A DNA stretch of 17,655 nucleotides from Thermodesulfobacteriota bacterium (lineage in GTDB: Bacteria > Desulfobacterota > Desulfobulbia > Desulfobulbales > SURF-16). Numbering within the stretch: position 1 is the first letter of the stretch; each line of letters begins with the position of its first letter. The stretch is from NCBI GenBank assembly GCA_039715015.1, contig JBDLIE010000054.1, positions 1 through 17,655 on the forward strand, in the 5' to 3' direction. Shown piece after piece: positions 1 to 9,257 of the stretch. The position numbers were made by a program, and so were the translations under genes. The notes under the pieces are model-generated. The model did no database searches. It saw only the letters and a program-made list of their open reading frames with translations, and had not been told where the DNA came from.

Positions 1-197
1 TACGCCGCCATCCTGTTTACCGTAATTGTTTTTTGCCTGCGGAACATTTTGTGCTTATACATTTCTCATATAAAGAGTTGGATGTATTAGGTGCAAAATT
101 TCCGGTGGGGGTCGAAAAGTTTTTTTTACCGCCTCACAGTCTAAGTAAATTTTATACAATTTCAACGCCGCGCCATACCGGCTTTGGAGGAGGTATC

Positions 198-1787
198 ATG
201 AAGGCAGCCACCATCTTCCATCTGCTCCTCGGACTGTTGATTATCTCATTTTATTCTCTGCCATCGCAGTCTTTAGGCCAAGATAACAGCTATCTGGAGC
301 CATCCGAAAAATTCAGCAGGGAAGAGCTCGCCCAGATGCTGGCACCCATCGCCCTCTATCCCGACGCGCTCCTGTCCCAGGTCCTGATGGCATCGACCTA
401 TCCCATCGAAGTGATTGAGGCCGACCGTTGGCGCGGCAAAGAGCCGGAGTTGAAGGGCGAGGCCCTTGACGAGGCGCTGCTGGCCAAGGAGTGGGCCCCC
501 AGCGTCAAGGCGATCTCTCACTTCCCGTCCATCCTGGCCCTGATGAGCGAGCGGATCACCGAGACCACCAACCTCGGCAACGCCTTTCTCGCCCAGGAGG
601 ACGAGGTCATGGACATGGTCCAGGAGCTACGGGCCAAGGCAGAGGCCCAGGGCAACCTGACCACCACCTCCGAGCAGAAGGTCATTGTCGAAAAGGAGAC
701 GATCATCATCGAATCGGCAGACCCCCGGGTCATCTACGTGCCCTACTATGATTCTTTCCATATCTACGGGCCGTGGTGGTATCCCGCCTATCCCCCCTAT
801 TACTGGGGCCCCCCTGGCGTGAGAGTCGGCACCGGCATCTCATACTGGCCCCGTTTTTACTTCGGGTTCGCCTTCGGTGCGTGGAGCTATTTCGATTGGC
901 ACCGTCACTACATTTACATCGATATTCACAAGCGGCCCAGATTTGTCAGGCACAACAGGTGGATATCCAGGCCCGGCCGCTGGCATCACGCGCCCAGGCA
1001 CCGGCGGGGTGTGGCCTACCGCGAGAAATCCACTGCCAGGAAATATGGCCAGTACCCCCGCCGCTCCAGGGGTTACCGGCGCGATACCCGTGGTTTTCCT
1101 GAACACCGGGGCCGCGACAGAAACCGGCTTAAGCGCGACGTTGATCACTCAAGGATCGAGCGCGATCGTCAGCACCGGCAACGAGTCGATCGTGATAAAC
1201 AACGACGTGAACAGCAAGAGCGCCAAGGCAAAGCGCGGCAACGGACGCAGCGCCGCGACACACAAATTCGTGAACAAGCCGAACGAAACAGGCAGGAGCG
1301 GGCCAGGCCCGAACGTGTCCGGCAGCAGCGCGAACGTAGCGATCGTACTAGACAGATAGATGAACGAGCCAAGCGCGGCCGCCAGGAACGGCAACGTGTT
1401 GAGCGTGAGCGCCAAAGGCGGCCCCGGGCCGACCAGGAAAGGCGGGGGCGACAGCGGGTTGAGCGCGGCAAACAGATACGCCAACAAGCCGAGCGAAACA
1501 GGCAGGAGCGGGCCAGGCCTGAACGTATCCGGCAGGAACGGCAACGTGTTGAGCGTGAGCGCCAAAAGCGGCCCCGGGTCGACCAGGAAAGGCGAGGGCG
1601 GCAGCGGGTTGAGCGCCAACAGCAACAGAGGAGGCGCGACAATATCTTCAACCGGGTCGAAGATGGCAGGAAGGTGCGTAAATCAAGAGAGCGAGGCCGG
1701 GTCAGCCGTCAAGGAAGAGAGCAAGGACGGCGCGATGGCTCCCGCGGCCGGGGGCGTCGTGATGGCCGGGGCCGTAACCGGCGATGA
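198..1787 (+). CDS. DUF3300 domain exported protein with long Arg/Gln/Glu-rich C-terminal tail
   Basis: ATG at 198 follows SD GGAGGAGG, so the ORF-track start at 33 is unlikely. Signal-peptide-like N-terminus, motif ELAQMLAPIALYPDALLSQVLMASTYP typical of DUF3300, YVPYYD motif, low-complexity basic tail. Confidence 0.88.
   Translation: MKAATIFHLLLGLLIISFYSLPSQSLGQDNSYLEPSEKFSREELAQMLAPIALYPDALLSQVLMASTYPIEVIEADRWRGKEPELKGEALDEALLAKEWAPSVKAISHFPSILALMSERITETTNLGNAFLAQEDEVMDMVQELRAKAEAQGNLTTTSEQKVIVEKETIIIESADPRVIYVPYYDSFHIYGPWWYPAYPPYYWGPPGVRVGTGISYWPRFYFGFAFGAWSYFDWHRHYIYIDIHKRPRFVRHNRWISRPGRWHHAPRHRRGVAYREKSTARKYGQYPRRSRGYRRDTRGFPEHRGRDRNRLKRDVDHSRIERDRQHRQRVDRDKQRREQQERQGKARQRTQRRDTQIREQAERNRQERARPERVRQQRERSDRTRQIDERAKRGRQERQRVERERQRRPRADQERRGRQRVERGKQIRQQAERNRQERARPERIRQERQRVERERQKRPRVDQERRGRQRVERQQQQRRRDNIFNRVEDGRKVRKSRERGRVSRQGREQGRRDGSRGRGRRDGRGRNRR
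1273..1616 (+). repeat. Intragenic mosaic duplication (A-B-A-B)
   Basis: Unit A 1273-1325 recurs at 1483-1535 (offset 210). Unit B 1383-1466 recurs at 1533-1616 (offset 150). Both copies are near-identical at DNA level and in frame. Confidence 0.9.
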
Positions 1788-1829
1788 GTCGGAGCCCCCA
1801 TGATTTCATTCATACAGTGAGGGACGCAG

Positions 1830-2819
1830 ATGATGGTGCGAAAAGAATATAAATACAGGATGTTGTGGTTGTTTCCCTGTCTAGTGGCAATGCTCATGTT
1901 GATGGTCGTGCTGTCCCCCCCCGCTGCCGCCATGTCTGAGAGACCGGTGGCGCAGAAGAGTTTCGCCTCCCTGCCGGAGGCGGTGGACGCGCTCATCGCG
2001 GCCTTGCAGGGCGGTAACGATAACCAGTTGCTCGCCGTCTTAGGCCCTGGCTCGGAAAATTTCACCTACTCTGGCGACCGGGTTGCGGACCAAAACGGCA
2101 GAGCGCATTTTCTCAAGGCCTATAAAGAGAAGAACAGCATCGAGCAGGAGAGCGCAGAGCGGGCGGTGCTCCTGGTCGGCGACAAGGGCTACCCTTTCTC
2201 GTTTCCCCTCGTGAGACAGAAAGATGCCTGGCTCTTCGATACCAAGGCCGGCATGGAGGAAATCCTCAACCGCCGGATCGGTAGAAACGAGCTGCACACC
2301 ATCGAGGTAATGCACGCCTATACCGACGCCCAGCGTGAGTATGCCTGCAGGGCCCGCAATGACGGTGGTGGCCCGCAGTTCGCCCAGTATTTCACCAGCA
2401 GCGAGGGCAAGAAAGACGGACTCTACTGGCAAGCAAGTGAGAACGATGCGGAAAGTCCATTCGGGCCCTTGATTGCAAGGGCCACCGAGGAGGGGTATGC
2501 AGGCGGCCTGGATGAGGACCCCCCCGAAGCCTTTCACGGCTATTATTTCAAGATCCTCAAGGTGCAGGGCGAGCATGCCAACGGCGGCACCTTTGACTAT
2601 GTGGCCGATGGCAAAATGGTCCTCGGATTCGCCTTGGTCGCCTATCCTGCCAAGTACGGGGTCTCGGGCATCATGACTTTCATCGTCAACCAGGAGGGGG
2701 TGATCTATGAAAAAGACCTTGGCGCGGACACGCCCAAGGCGGCAGCAATGGCCATCTTTGACCCCGATGAAACGTGGAGCAAATACGAAGAAGAGGCCGC
2801 TGAGCAATGGCAATTTTAA
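1830..2819 (+). CDS. DUF2950 family exported protein
   Basis: Signal peptide; motifs EEILNRRIGRNEL, KKDGLYW, FHGYYFKIL, FALVAYPAKYGVSGIMTFIVN; sits in its usual position after DUF3300. Confidence 0.88.
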   Translation: MMVRKEYKYRMLWLFPCLVAMLMLMVVLSPPAAAMSERPVAQKSFASLPEAVDALIAALQGGNDNQLLAVLGPGSENFTYSGDRVADQNGRAHFLKAYKEKNSIEQESAERAVLLVGDKGYPFSFPLVRQKDAWLFDTKAGMEEILNRRIGRNELHTIEVMHAYTDAQREYACRARNDGGGPQFAQYFTSSEGKKDGLYWQASENDAESPFGPLIARATEEGYAGGLDEDPPEAFHGYYFKILKVQGEHANGGTFDYVADGKMVLGFALVAYPAKYGVSGIMTFIVNQEGVIYEKDLGADTPKAAAMAIFDPDETWSKYEEEAAEQWQF

Positions 2820-2988
2820 TTATTCAGGCAATCCTGTCGTTCGCCTCGTGTTGTGGAATGGCACAAATAATACGAGTAGGAGCACTTAGAATTTCCCGCT
2901 CCTCAACATAGACACCCTTCAAAATTGTTAACATCAGCGGTGTCTACTGAAACAGGGGAAGTCCAGTAATCACCTGGGGAGGAGCATC

Positions 2989-3396
2989 ATGCCACGAATT
3001 CCTGCTACCTTGTTTCAGTTTTTTCTTTCCTTGGTTTTGCTCAATCTCTTGGTTGGGTGCGGCTGGTTTTATAATGGTTTTGACGATCAACAACAATCGG
3101 CTGCAGCAGGCGTCCCTCAAGAGCAGCAAGTCACGCCCTCCGTTGTTTTGTGCAAAACAGATGCCCGTGCGGTCTTGAAGAAATCTTGCGGGAAATGTCA
3201 TCAAAAGAGCATTTCAAAAGTCCCCAAGGCCCTTAATGTCTATGATCTGGAAGAGGACGTCTGGTATAGCCGCATGTCAAAATCTCAAGTGAAAGGCATC
3301 AAAAAACGGATTCGCAAAGCGGATAATATCTCCCAAGAAGAAGTAAATTTTGTCAATGCTTGCGTGGCCTGCCTTCTGTCGGACAATTGCCGCTGA
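2989..3396 (+). CDS. Putative lipoprotein, monoheme c-type cytochrome-like
   Basis: SD GGAGGAG, hydrophobic leader ending LLVGC (lipobox), single CGKCH heme-attachment motif. Confidence 0.65.
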   Translation: MPRIPATLFQFFLSLVLLNLLVGCGWFYNGFDDQQQSAAAGVPQEQQVTPSVVLCKTDARAVLKKSCGKCHQKSISKVPKALNVYDLEEDVWYSRMSKSQVKGIKKRIRKADNISQEEVNFVNACVACLLSDNCR

Positions 3397-3411
3397 ACAT
3401 AAAAAAAGAGT

Positions 3412-3428
3412 CAGGCATGCATTTTGCT
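3412..3428 (+). promoter_or_regulatory. Candidate sigma-54 (-24/-12) promoter for cfa
   Basis: CAGGCATGCATTTTGCT has GG(3414-15)-N10-GC(3426-27) with TTGC, about 70 nt upstream of the cfa start. Confidence 0.5.
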
Positions 3429-3497
3429 AATTTTTTGGAGGATAGGTGAAGAAAAAGGGGCCCCATTTCAGCCATTGAACAAAAAAGGTGATTCGTT

Positions 3498-4616
3498 ATG
3501 GTCATGAATAGCTTCCGGGACAGGTTCGAAGAGTTATTGTCGTGTGCTGATGTCAGGATAAACGGAGAGCGCTCCTGGGACCTCCAGGTGCATAATGAAA
3601 AGTTTTACTCAAGGACGTTGGCCCAAGGCTCATTTGGCCTGGGTGAATCTTATGTCGACGGCTGGTGGGACTGCAACCGCCTTGATGAATTCTTCCATCT
3701 CATTTTGCGGGCCAAACTCTATGAGAAGGTTAAGCCTTGGAAAGGTGTTATAAATGTGGTGACGGCGAAGCTTTACAATCGGCAAAACCGCAACCGCGCC
3801 TTTCAGGTCGGTGAACAGCACTATGATATCGGCAACGACCTGTATCGGTGCATGCTCGACGACCGGATGATCTATAGTTGCGGATACTGGCAGAGTGCGT
3901 CCTGCCTAGATGAAGCCCAGGAGACCAAGCTCGATCTGGTCTGCAGGAAGCTCAATATAAAACCGGGAATGCGGGTGCTTGACGTCGGCTGCGGCTGGGG
4001 CGGCACCGCTAAATTTATCGCGGAAAACTATCACGCCGAAGTAGTGGGTATCACGGTTTCGCAGAAACAAGCGCAACTTGCCAAAGAACAGTGCAAAGGG
4101 CTGCCGGTGGATATACGTCTTCAGGATTACCGCACTCTTGATGAAAGTTTTGACCGTATCCTTTCCATCGGCATGTTTGAACATGTGGGCCACAAAAACT
4201 ATCAGGAGTACATGCGGGCAGTTCGCCGTAACCTAAATGACGACGGCTTGTTTCTCCTCCATACCATCGGCAGAAACCGAACGGCGGCAAGCACCGATAC
4301 CTGGCTTGACCGCTACATATTCCCCAATTATATGATTCCGTCCTCCAGTCAAATAAGCGCCGTTGCCGAAGGAGTATTCGTTCTCGAAGATTGGCATAAT
4401 TTCGGTGCGGATTACGACAAGACGCTTATTAAGTGGTTTCATAACTTTGACAGAAGCTGGCCGACGCTTAAAAGCGATTATGGTGAGCGCTTTTACCGCA
4501 TGTGGAAATATTATCTTCTCTCCTGTGCCGGCTCGTTCAGGGCGAGAAAAAATCATGTCTGGCAGATAGTCTTTTCTCTTGGCGGTGTTCAGGGAGGCTA
4601 TGTGGCTCCTCGCTAG
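3498..4616 (+). CDS. cfa: Cyclopropane-fatty-acyl-phospholipid synthase
   Basis: HYDIGNDLY, YSCGYW, SAM-binding VLDVGCGWGG, SIGMFEHVG, RMWKYYLLSCAGSFRAR; 372 aa. Confidence 0.95.
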   Translation: MVMNSFRDRFEELLSCADVRINGERSWDLQVHNEKFYSRTLAQGSFGLGESYVDGWWDCNRLDEFFHLILRAKLYEKVKPWKGVINVVTAKLYNRQNRNRAFQVGEQHYDIGNDLYRCMLDDRMIYSCGYWQSASCLDEAQETKLDLVCRKLNIKPGMRVLDVGCGWGGTAKFIAENYHAEVVGITVSQKQAQLAKEQCKGLPVDIRLQDYRTLDESFDRILSIGMFEHVGHKNYQEYMRAVRRNLNDDGLFLLHTIGRNRTAASTDTWLDRYIFPNYMIPSSSQISAVAEGVFVLEDWHNFGADYDKTLIKWFHNFDRSWPTLKSDYGERFYRMWKYYLLSCAGSFRARKNHVWQIVFSLGGVQGGYVAPR

Positions 4617-4743
4617 GCGTCGTTCTTCGGTTTTGTTCGGCGGAACAGTTTAATAAATCTGTCTCCTTTCGGCCAATTGGCGCTGAAGTTAGAAAAAGGA
4701 CAGGCTTGTTTGGTCAGCCAAAAAACCATGCAATATCAATGGG

Positions 4744-7095
4744 ATGGTGATGGTATATAGAATGCCGATGAAAAATTTTATCAGTGTGTTGGTAGGGGTG
4801 CTTGTTGTAACAAACTGGCTCTATTTTGAGCAACCACACGCTGAACCAGAGCAACCGCCACCTTCTCTGCAAGAGCAAGTGGTCCCTGCGCTCGATCCTG
4901 AAAAAGTAAAAAGCAGGATAAAGGCAATAAAAGAGAAGGGAGAGATTGCTGAGTCCACAGAAAACGAGGAAACAGCCCGCCAGCTTGGGGTGCCATTAAC
5001 ACGCCTACAGGAACATAACTCTAACCTGCGGAAGATGGAGACCATCTACCAGCGTCAGCTCACCTCGCTGGAAAGGCGGGATTCCTTAAAAAAAGAAACA
5101 GAGAGCCTGGGTAAAAAGCTCGAATCCCAACAGGAAAGTCTCATTGCCCAGCCGCCCCCCTATAACCTGAGCGTCTATGACAGTCTCCTTGACGAGCTGA
5201 CAACTGCTAAACAGCAGGAGCAAACCATCAGTATTACGCTCAAATCGGCAAAAAAGGCGCTTGAAGAGGCGAAAAACAAACTAGCGCTGGCAGGACAAAG
5301 AGTCCGTGAGGCCACGGAAGAATTACAAAAGGAGGGCCAGACAGACAAGTCTTTGCAGCTGAGTTGGCATCTTGAATATGCAAAAGTCGGGGAGGAACTG
5401 GCTGGGGCCCTGCTTGATCTGCAAAGAAGCACCACGGAAAATGCCGCCACAGAATTGAGGCTTGCCCAATTAAAAAAGCAAATCAACCAGCGCCACGTGG
5501 ATTGGGTGCGGTCAAAACTTGCTTTTGACCAGGAGGATCTGGACAACCTCCTTGGCTCACTGGAAGAGCGGCGCACAACTCTGCAGACACGTATCAATAC
5601 TCTGCGGGAGGGCCAGCAGGAGGTTAAAAATGCATTATCAGAGGCCCAGAAGGAGTTTGAGGCGGCCCAAGGCGCTGATGAAGCTGTCAAGGCAAGGGCA
5701 ACGGCTTTTCTGAAATCACGGGAGGCATGGCGTGATACGTATCAAAAAGTCTTAGAACAGACCGAGACCATACTGCTTATTCTGGACCAGGAGAAACAAT
5801 TCTGGCAGCGCCGATATGCCCTCCTTGAAAACGATGTTAACTACGAGAAACCAGCTAGCTGGAAGAAGCAAACTTCTGATTATATAAAGAATATTGAGCG
5901 GCTCATCAAAGTCAGAGAAAAAGATCAGACCAATTTGCAGTCTGAAATCGCCGGCATCCAGAAACAGCTTGCCGCCGAAAGCTTAGGCCCAGACATGAAA
6001 CAGCATGTGGAAACACATGTGGACGCCTTGAGTAAGATGGCGGAACGCGGTTTTGAATACCTCTCGCTTCTTCAAGGTGCCAAAGCAATAGGGCAACGGC
6101 TTCTGGATGAGATAAATCTGAGGCAAAAAGATATCGCCCTCAAGAAAAAGATTAAGGGGGTTGGAAGCAGAGTACAGAATATATGGGAAATTGAGTTGTG
6201 GGTGGTTGACGAACGTTCCGTCACCGTCAGGAAGTTAGTGATTGCGCTCTTCATTCTCGTGGTCGGTATGTGGGTGGCGTTGTGGTTCACGCGCTCAATA
6301 TTCAGGCGAATTCTTTTAAAGACCCGACTTGATAAAAGTGCAATAGCTGCCATCGAAAAAACGCTCTATTTTCTCACCCTGGTAGTCCTTTTGGTTTTCG
6401 CCTTACGGTCCGTCAACATACCCCTTACTGTATTTACCTTTTTTGGCGGCGCCATTGCTATAGGTGTGGGGTTTGGTGCCCAGAATTTGCTCAATAATTT
6501 TATCAGCGGCTTCATCTTGCTGGCAGAACGGCCGGTGAAGATAAACGACATGATCGAGGTGGAAAATAATTTCGGCATCATTGAAAATATCGGTATGCGC
6601 TGCACCCGTGTCCGCACCCCCGGCAATGTCCACATCCTGGTGCCAAACAGTATTTTTCTAGAGAAAAACATTGTCAACTGGACCTTGTCCGACCAGGAAA
6701 TCAGGGCTAAAGTAGAGCTTGGCGTGGCTTACAGTTCGGACCCCAGCCAAGTGTCGGGACTTATGCTCAAGGCGGTCCAGGAGCACAAAAAAGCCCTAAA
6801 AACACCGGAGCCCATAGTGCTGTTCGACGAGCTGGGCGATAGTTCTTTTAAGTTTACAGTTTACTTCTGGGTCAGCATGAAAAGACTCCAGCTTCTGGAG
6901 CGGCGGATCATTGAAAGCGATATTCGCTTTCGCATCGTTGAGTTGTTCCGCGAAGCTGGTATTGTGATGGCATACCCGCAACGGGATGTCCATCTTGACA
7001 CCTCAAAGCCTCTTGACCTGAGACTTATTGGGCCCGAAAATGATGCTGGTGGGAAAAACCAGGACGCGGCCCAGGGCCATGAAAGTTCTAAATAG
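4744..7095 (+). CDS. MscS-family mechanosensitive channel with large N-terminal periplasmic coiled-coil domain
   Basis: C-terminal MscS signature GGAIAIGVGFGAQNLLNNFISGFILLAERPVKIND, plus ILVPNS, VNWT and AYPQRDVHL; long helical N-terminal region. Exact start uncertain (4744-4768). Confidence 0.9.
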   Translation: MVMVYRMPMKNFISVLVGVLVVTNWLYFEQPHAEPEQPPPSLQEQVVPALDPEKVKSRIKAIKEKGEIAESTENEETARQLGVPLTRLQEHNSNLRKMETIYQRQLTSLERRDSLKKETESLGKKLESQQESLIAQPPPYNLSVYDSLLDELTTAKQQEQTISITLKSAKKALEEAKNKLALAGQRVREATEELQKEGQTDKSLQLSWHLEYAKVGEELAGALLDLQRSTTENAATELRLAQLKKQINQRHVDWVRSKLAFDQEDLDNLLGSLEERRTTLQTRINTLREGQQEVKNALSEAQKEFEAAQGADEAVKARATAFLKSREAWRDTYQKVLEQTETILLILDQEKQFWQRRYALLENDVNYEKPASWKKQTSDYIKNIERLIKVREKDQTNLQSEIAGIQKQLAAESLGPDMKQHVETHVDALSKMAERGFEYLSLLQGAKAIGQRLLDEINLRQKDIALKKKIKGVGSRVQNIWEIELWVVDERSVTVRKLVIALFILVVGMWVALWFTRSIFRRILLKTRLDKSAIAAIEKTLYFLTLVVLLVFALRSVNIPLTVFTFFGGAIAIGVGFGAQNLLNNFISGFILLAERPVKINDMIEVENNFGIIENIGMRCTRVRTPGNVHILVPNSIFLEKNIVNWTLSDQEIRAKVELGVAYSSDPSQVSGLMLKAVQEHKKALKTPEPIVLFDELGDSSFKFTVYFWVSMKRLQLLERRIIESDIRFRIVELFREAGIVMAYPQRDVHLDTSKPLDLRLIGPENDAGGKNQDAAQGHESSK

Positions 7096-7122
7096 AATAG
7101 CCACTCCACTAATTCCGTCTAA

Positions 7123-7145
7123 TTCCGGGAAGACCATACTTAATT
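7123..7145 (+). repeat. Short dispersed intergenic repeat (REP-like), copy 1
   Basis: TTCCGGGAAGACCATACTTAATT matches 9258-9280 at 19/23 positions; followed by GGGGTCAGGTCTTGA. Confidence 0.5.
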
Positions 7146-7300
7146 AATCAGGTAAGTCGGGGTCAGGTCTTGATCAGGCAGCTTTTGGATGAAGGGCGGT
7201 CCTTTTTCCTGTCGCTGGGCAGAGGGTGGGCTGCGGGTTTCATCAGCAATCGGTTTTGGCACGGCTTTGGCGCCCACAATGGGCACACGGAAACAGAATC

Positions 7301-8209
7301 ATGAGAAAAACAGCTTTTGGATACTCAACACGGTGCAATATCAAATGTGAACATTGTGTTGCCGATGACGCCGTCCCCCAAAATATAAAAATGGAACTGG
7401 CCCAGGCAAAAGATATCATTGCCGAACTGGCCGGGGCTCAGGTCCGGGGCATAAGCTTTACCGCCGGTGAACCGCTTATCTATCTGGATGACATTAGCGA
7501 ACTGGTTGGCCTCTGCCGGGACTATGGCATGTACACCCGGGTGGTGACCAATAGCTTCTGGGCCAAAACTCCGCAGCTTGCCGAGAGCTGCGTTATCCAG
7601 CTCAAAGAAAAGGGCCTGTCGCAACTGCGTCTGAGCTATAGCCGCTGGCACCAGAAAAATATAGATCGCCAGAATATATTGAACGCCGCCCAGAGTTGTC
7701 AGAAAAAGGGCCTGGATTATTTCATCTCATTTGTAACGGATTTCTCAGAACAGGATGATGCCTTTGAGCACTATCTCCGCGATCATGGCCTCAAGTTTTT
7801 CCCGGAACCAGTCATCTTTGCCGGCCGGGCAAAGGAATTTGATCGTCTGGCCATCCGCACCGATTACCAGGCAAACTGCTGCCCGATGAATCCCTATCTG
7901 GCACCAAATCTTGACATGTATGCCTGCTGCGATGCCGGCAGCCATTTTACAAGCACCAACTTCTTTCACCTTGGCAATGTAAAGGACAGCAGCGTTGAGG
8001 AGCTTTTCAGCAAGAGTGAAAGCAACAAGTTGTATAACCACATTCGGACCATGGGTATCAGTGCGATAGCGTCTTTTGCCGGTTTTCAGGCGCGGGAGAT
8101 AGTCCAGTACAGAAAATGCGAATTATGCGAAAAATTATTTAACTCACCGGAGCTGCTTGCAACCCTTGAGCAGGAAGCTGATGCCGGGTTAAACTCCTGG
8201 TATCGGTGA
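7301..8209 (+). CDS. Radical SAM protein, YydG/EpeE (peptide epimerase)-like
   Basis: CNIKCEHC (CxxxCxxC) near the N-terminus; ISFTAGEP, TNSFW, SYSRWH; C-terminal CCP...YACC...CELCEKLFNS. ATG 7301 preferred over the ORF-track GTG start at 7226. Confidence 0.85.
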   Translation: MRKTAFGYSTRCNIKCEHCVADDAVPQNIKMELAQAKDIIAELAGAQVRGISFTAGEPLIYLDDISELVGLCRDYGMYTRVVTNSFWAKTPQLAESCVIQLKEKGLSQLRLSYSRWHQKNIDRQNILNAAQSCQKKGLDYFISFVTDFSEQDDAFEHYLRDHGLKFFPEPVIFAGRAKEFDRLAIRTDYQANCCPMNPYLAPNLDMYACCDAGSHFTSTNFFHLGNVKDSSVEELFSKSESNKLYNHIRTMGISAIASFAGFQAREIVQYRKCELCEKLFNSPELLATLEQEADAGLNSWYR

Positions 8210-8237
8210 GTTTAGAGAAGTTTTTTGGAGAGAGAGT

Positions 8238-8603
8238 ATGCAGGGTAAGAGCGGCAATGGAAAAGGAGTGATGGCCGAGGCCCTCCGCGACAAGGCAATG
8301 CGGGAAAAATCCTATCGCGAGCGGGCCCTCAAATTGTTTCCATGGGTCTGCGGCCTGTGCGGCCGGGAGTTTGCCGGTAAAAAAATCAAGGAACTCACGG
8401 TCCATCATCGGGACATGAACCATGACAATAACCCAGCTGACGGCAGTAATTGGGAGCTGCTCTGTATCTACTGTCATGAGAATGTCCACTCCCGGGAACT
8501 GGCAGCCGGGCATGGCGGTTCCGGGCGAGAAAGTGGCCAGGATGACGATACCACCCAACAGCCCTTTGCCGCCCTGGCCGCCCTGTTAAAAGAGAAGAAA
8601 TAG
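8238..8603 (+). CDS. yajD: YajD family HNH nuclease
   Basis: YRERALKLFPWVCGLCGREF...LTVHHRDMNHDNNPADGSNWELLCIYCHENVHSR. Confidence 0.9.
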   Translation: MQGKSGNGKGVMAEALRDKAMREKSYRERALKLFPWVCGLCGREFAGKKIKELTVHHRDMNHDNNPADGSNWELLCIYCHENVHSRELAAGHGGSGRESGQDDDTTQQPFAALAALLKEKK

Positions 8604-8755
8604 CTTGTCCTGCTTGCAGATACCCTGTACCTGGTCTTGAGAGATAATTAATCAGGGGTGTCTTTGGCTCCTGGTTGTCTTGGCAGGGCAGTGAGATGGT
8701 CATTAATATGGACAGACACTAGATAATATCTGAAGGATCGTGGCGGGGAAAGAGC

Positions 8756-9241
8756 ATGGGAAATCCGTTTCAGGACCAGCTGCTTAAGGCCGGGCTGGTC
8801 AATAAAAAACAGGTCAAGAAGGCCAAGCATGAAAAACGTGTCAGTAAAAAGCAGAATAACAACAGCAAGGGCACTGATGCAACGAACAAAATTAAGCAGG
8901 AACAGGCCGCCCGGAAAAAGCGTGATCAGGAGCTAAACCGTAAACTCTCTGAGGAGAAGCAGGAGCGGGAGCGCCTGGCTCAGGTAAAGCAGCTTATTGA
9001 GCAAAATCTCCTGGAGAAGGATGATCGCGGCGAAGCGTATAATTTTGTCCATGGCACCAAGATAAAGCGAATCTATGTTGCCGCGGAGATAGCTGACCAG
9101 TTGAGTCGCGGTCTGGCTGCCATTGTTAAGCTGGGCAGCAGCTATGAGGTTGTCCCCGTCAAGGTGGCCCGGCAAATAGCCAGTCGCGATAAGGATACAG
9201 TCCTCGTTTTACACGAGGGGAGTCTTGAAGATCAGGCATAA
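8756..9241 (+). CDS. DUF2058 (YaiL-like) family protein
   Basis: QDQLLKAGLV start, Lys-rich coil, AQVKQLIEQN, YNF..G.KIKRIYV, QLSRGLAAIV. Confidence 0.85.
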   Translation: MGNPFQDQLLKAGLVNKKQVKKAKHEKRVSKKQNNNSKGTDATNKIKQEQAARKKRDQELNRKLSEEKQERERLAQVKQLIEQNLLEKDDRGEAYNFVHGTKIKRIYVAAEIADQLSRGLAAIVKLGSSYEVVPVKVARQIASRDKDTVLVLHEGSLEDQA

Positions 9242-9257
9242 CGAACACAGAGGGAAG

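Noticed and set aside
33..197. N-terminal extension of the DUF3300 ORF from TTG at 33
   Set aside because: The strong SD and signal peptide point to ATG 198; the upstream part looks like promoter DNA.
1273..1616. Possible CRISPR array
   Set aside because: The repeats are long, in frame and coding, with no unique spacers and no cas genes.
773..1803. Multiple overlapping alternative-frame ORFs
   Set aside because: By-products of the GC-rich, repetitive tail of the DUF3300 gene.
2040..2813. 257-aa antisense ORF and similar antisense ORFs inside other genes
   Set aside because: Shadow frames of well-supported genes with no family motifs.
2859..2874. TGGCAC sigma-54-like -24 box upstream of the lipoprotein gene
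   Set aside because: The -12 position reads AC instead of the required GC.
7189..7350. 53-codon ORF (MKGGPFSCRW...) as possible precursor peptide for the rSAM
   Set aside because: No SD, overlaps the rSAM start by 50 nt and the candidate promoter, and has no leader/core character.
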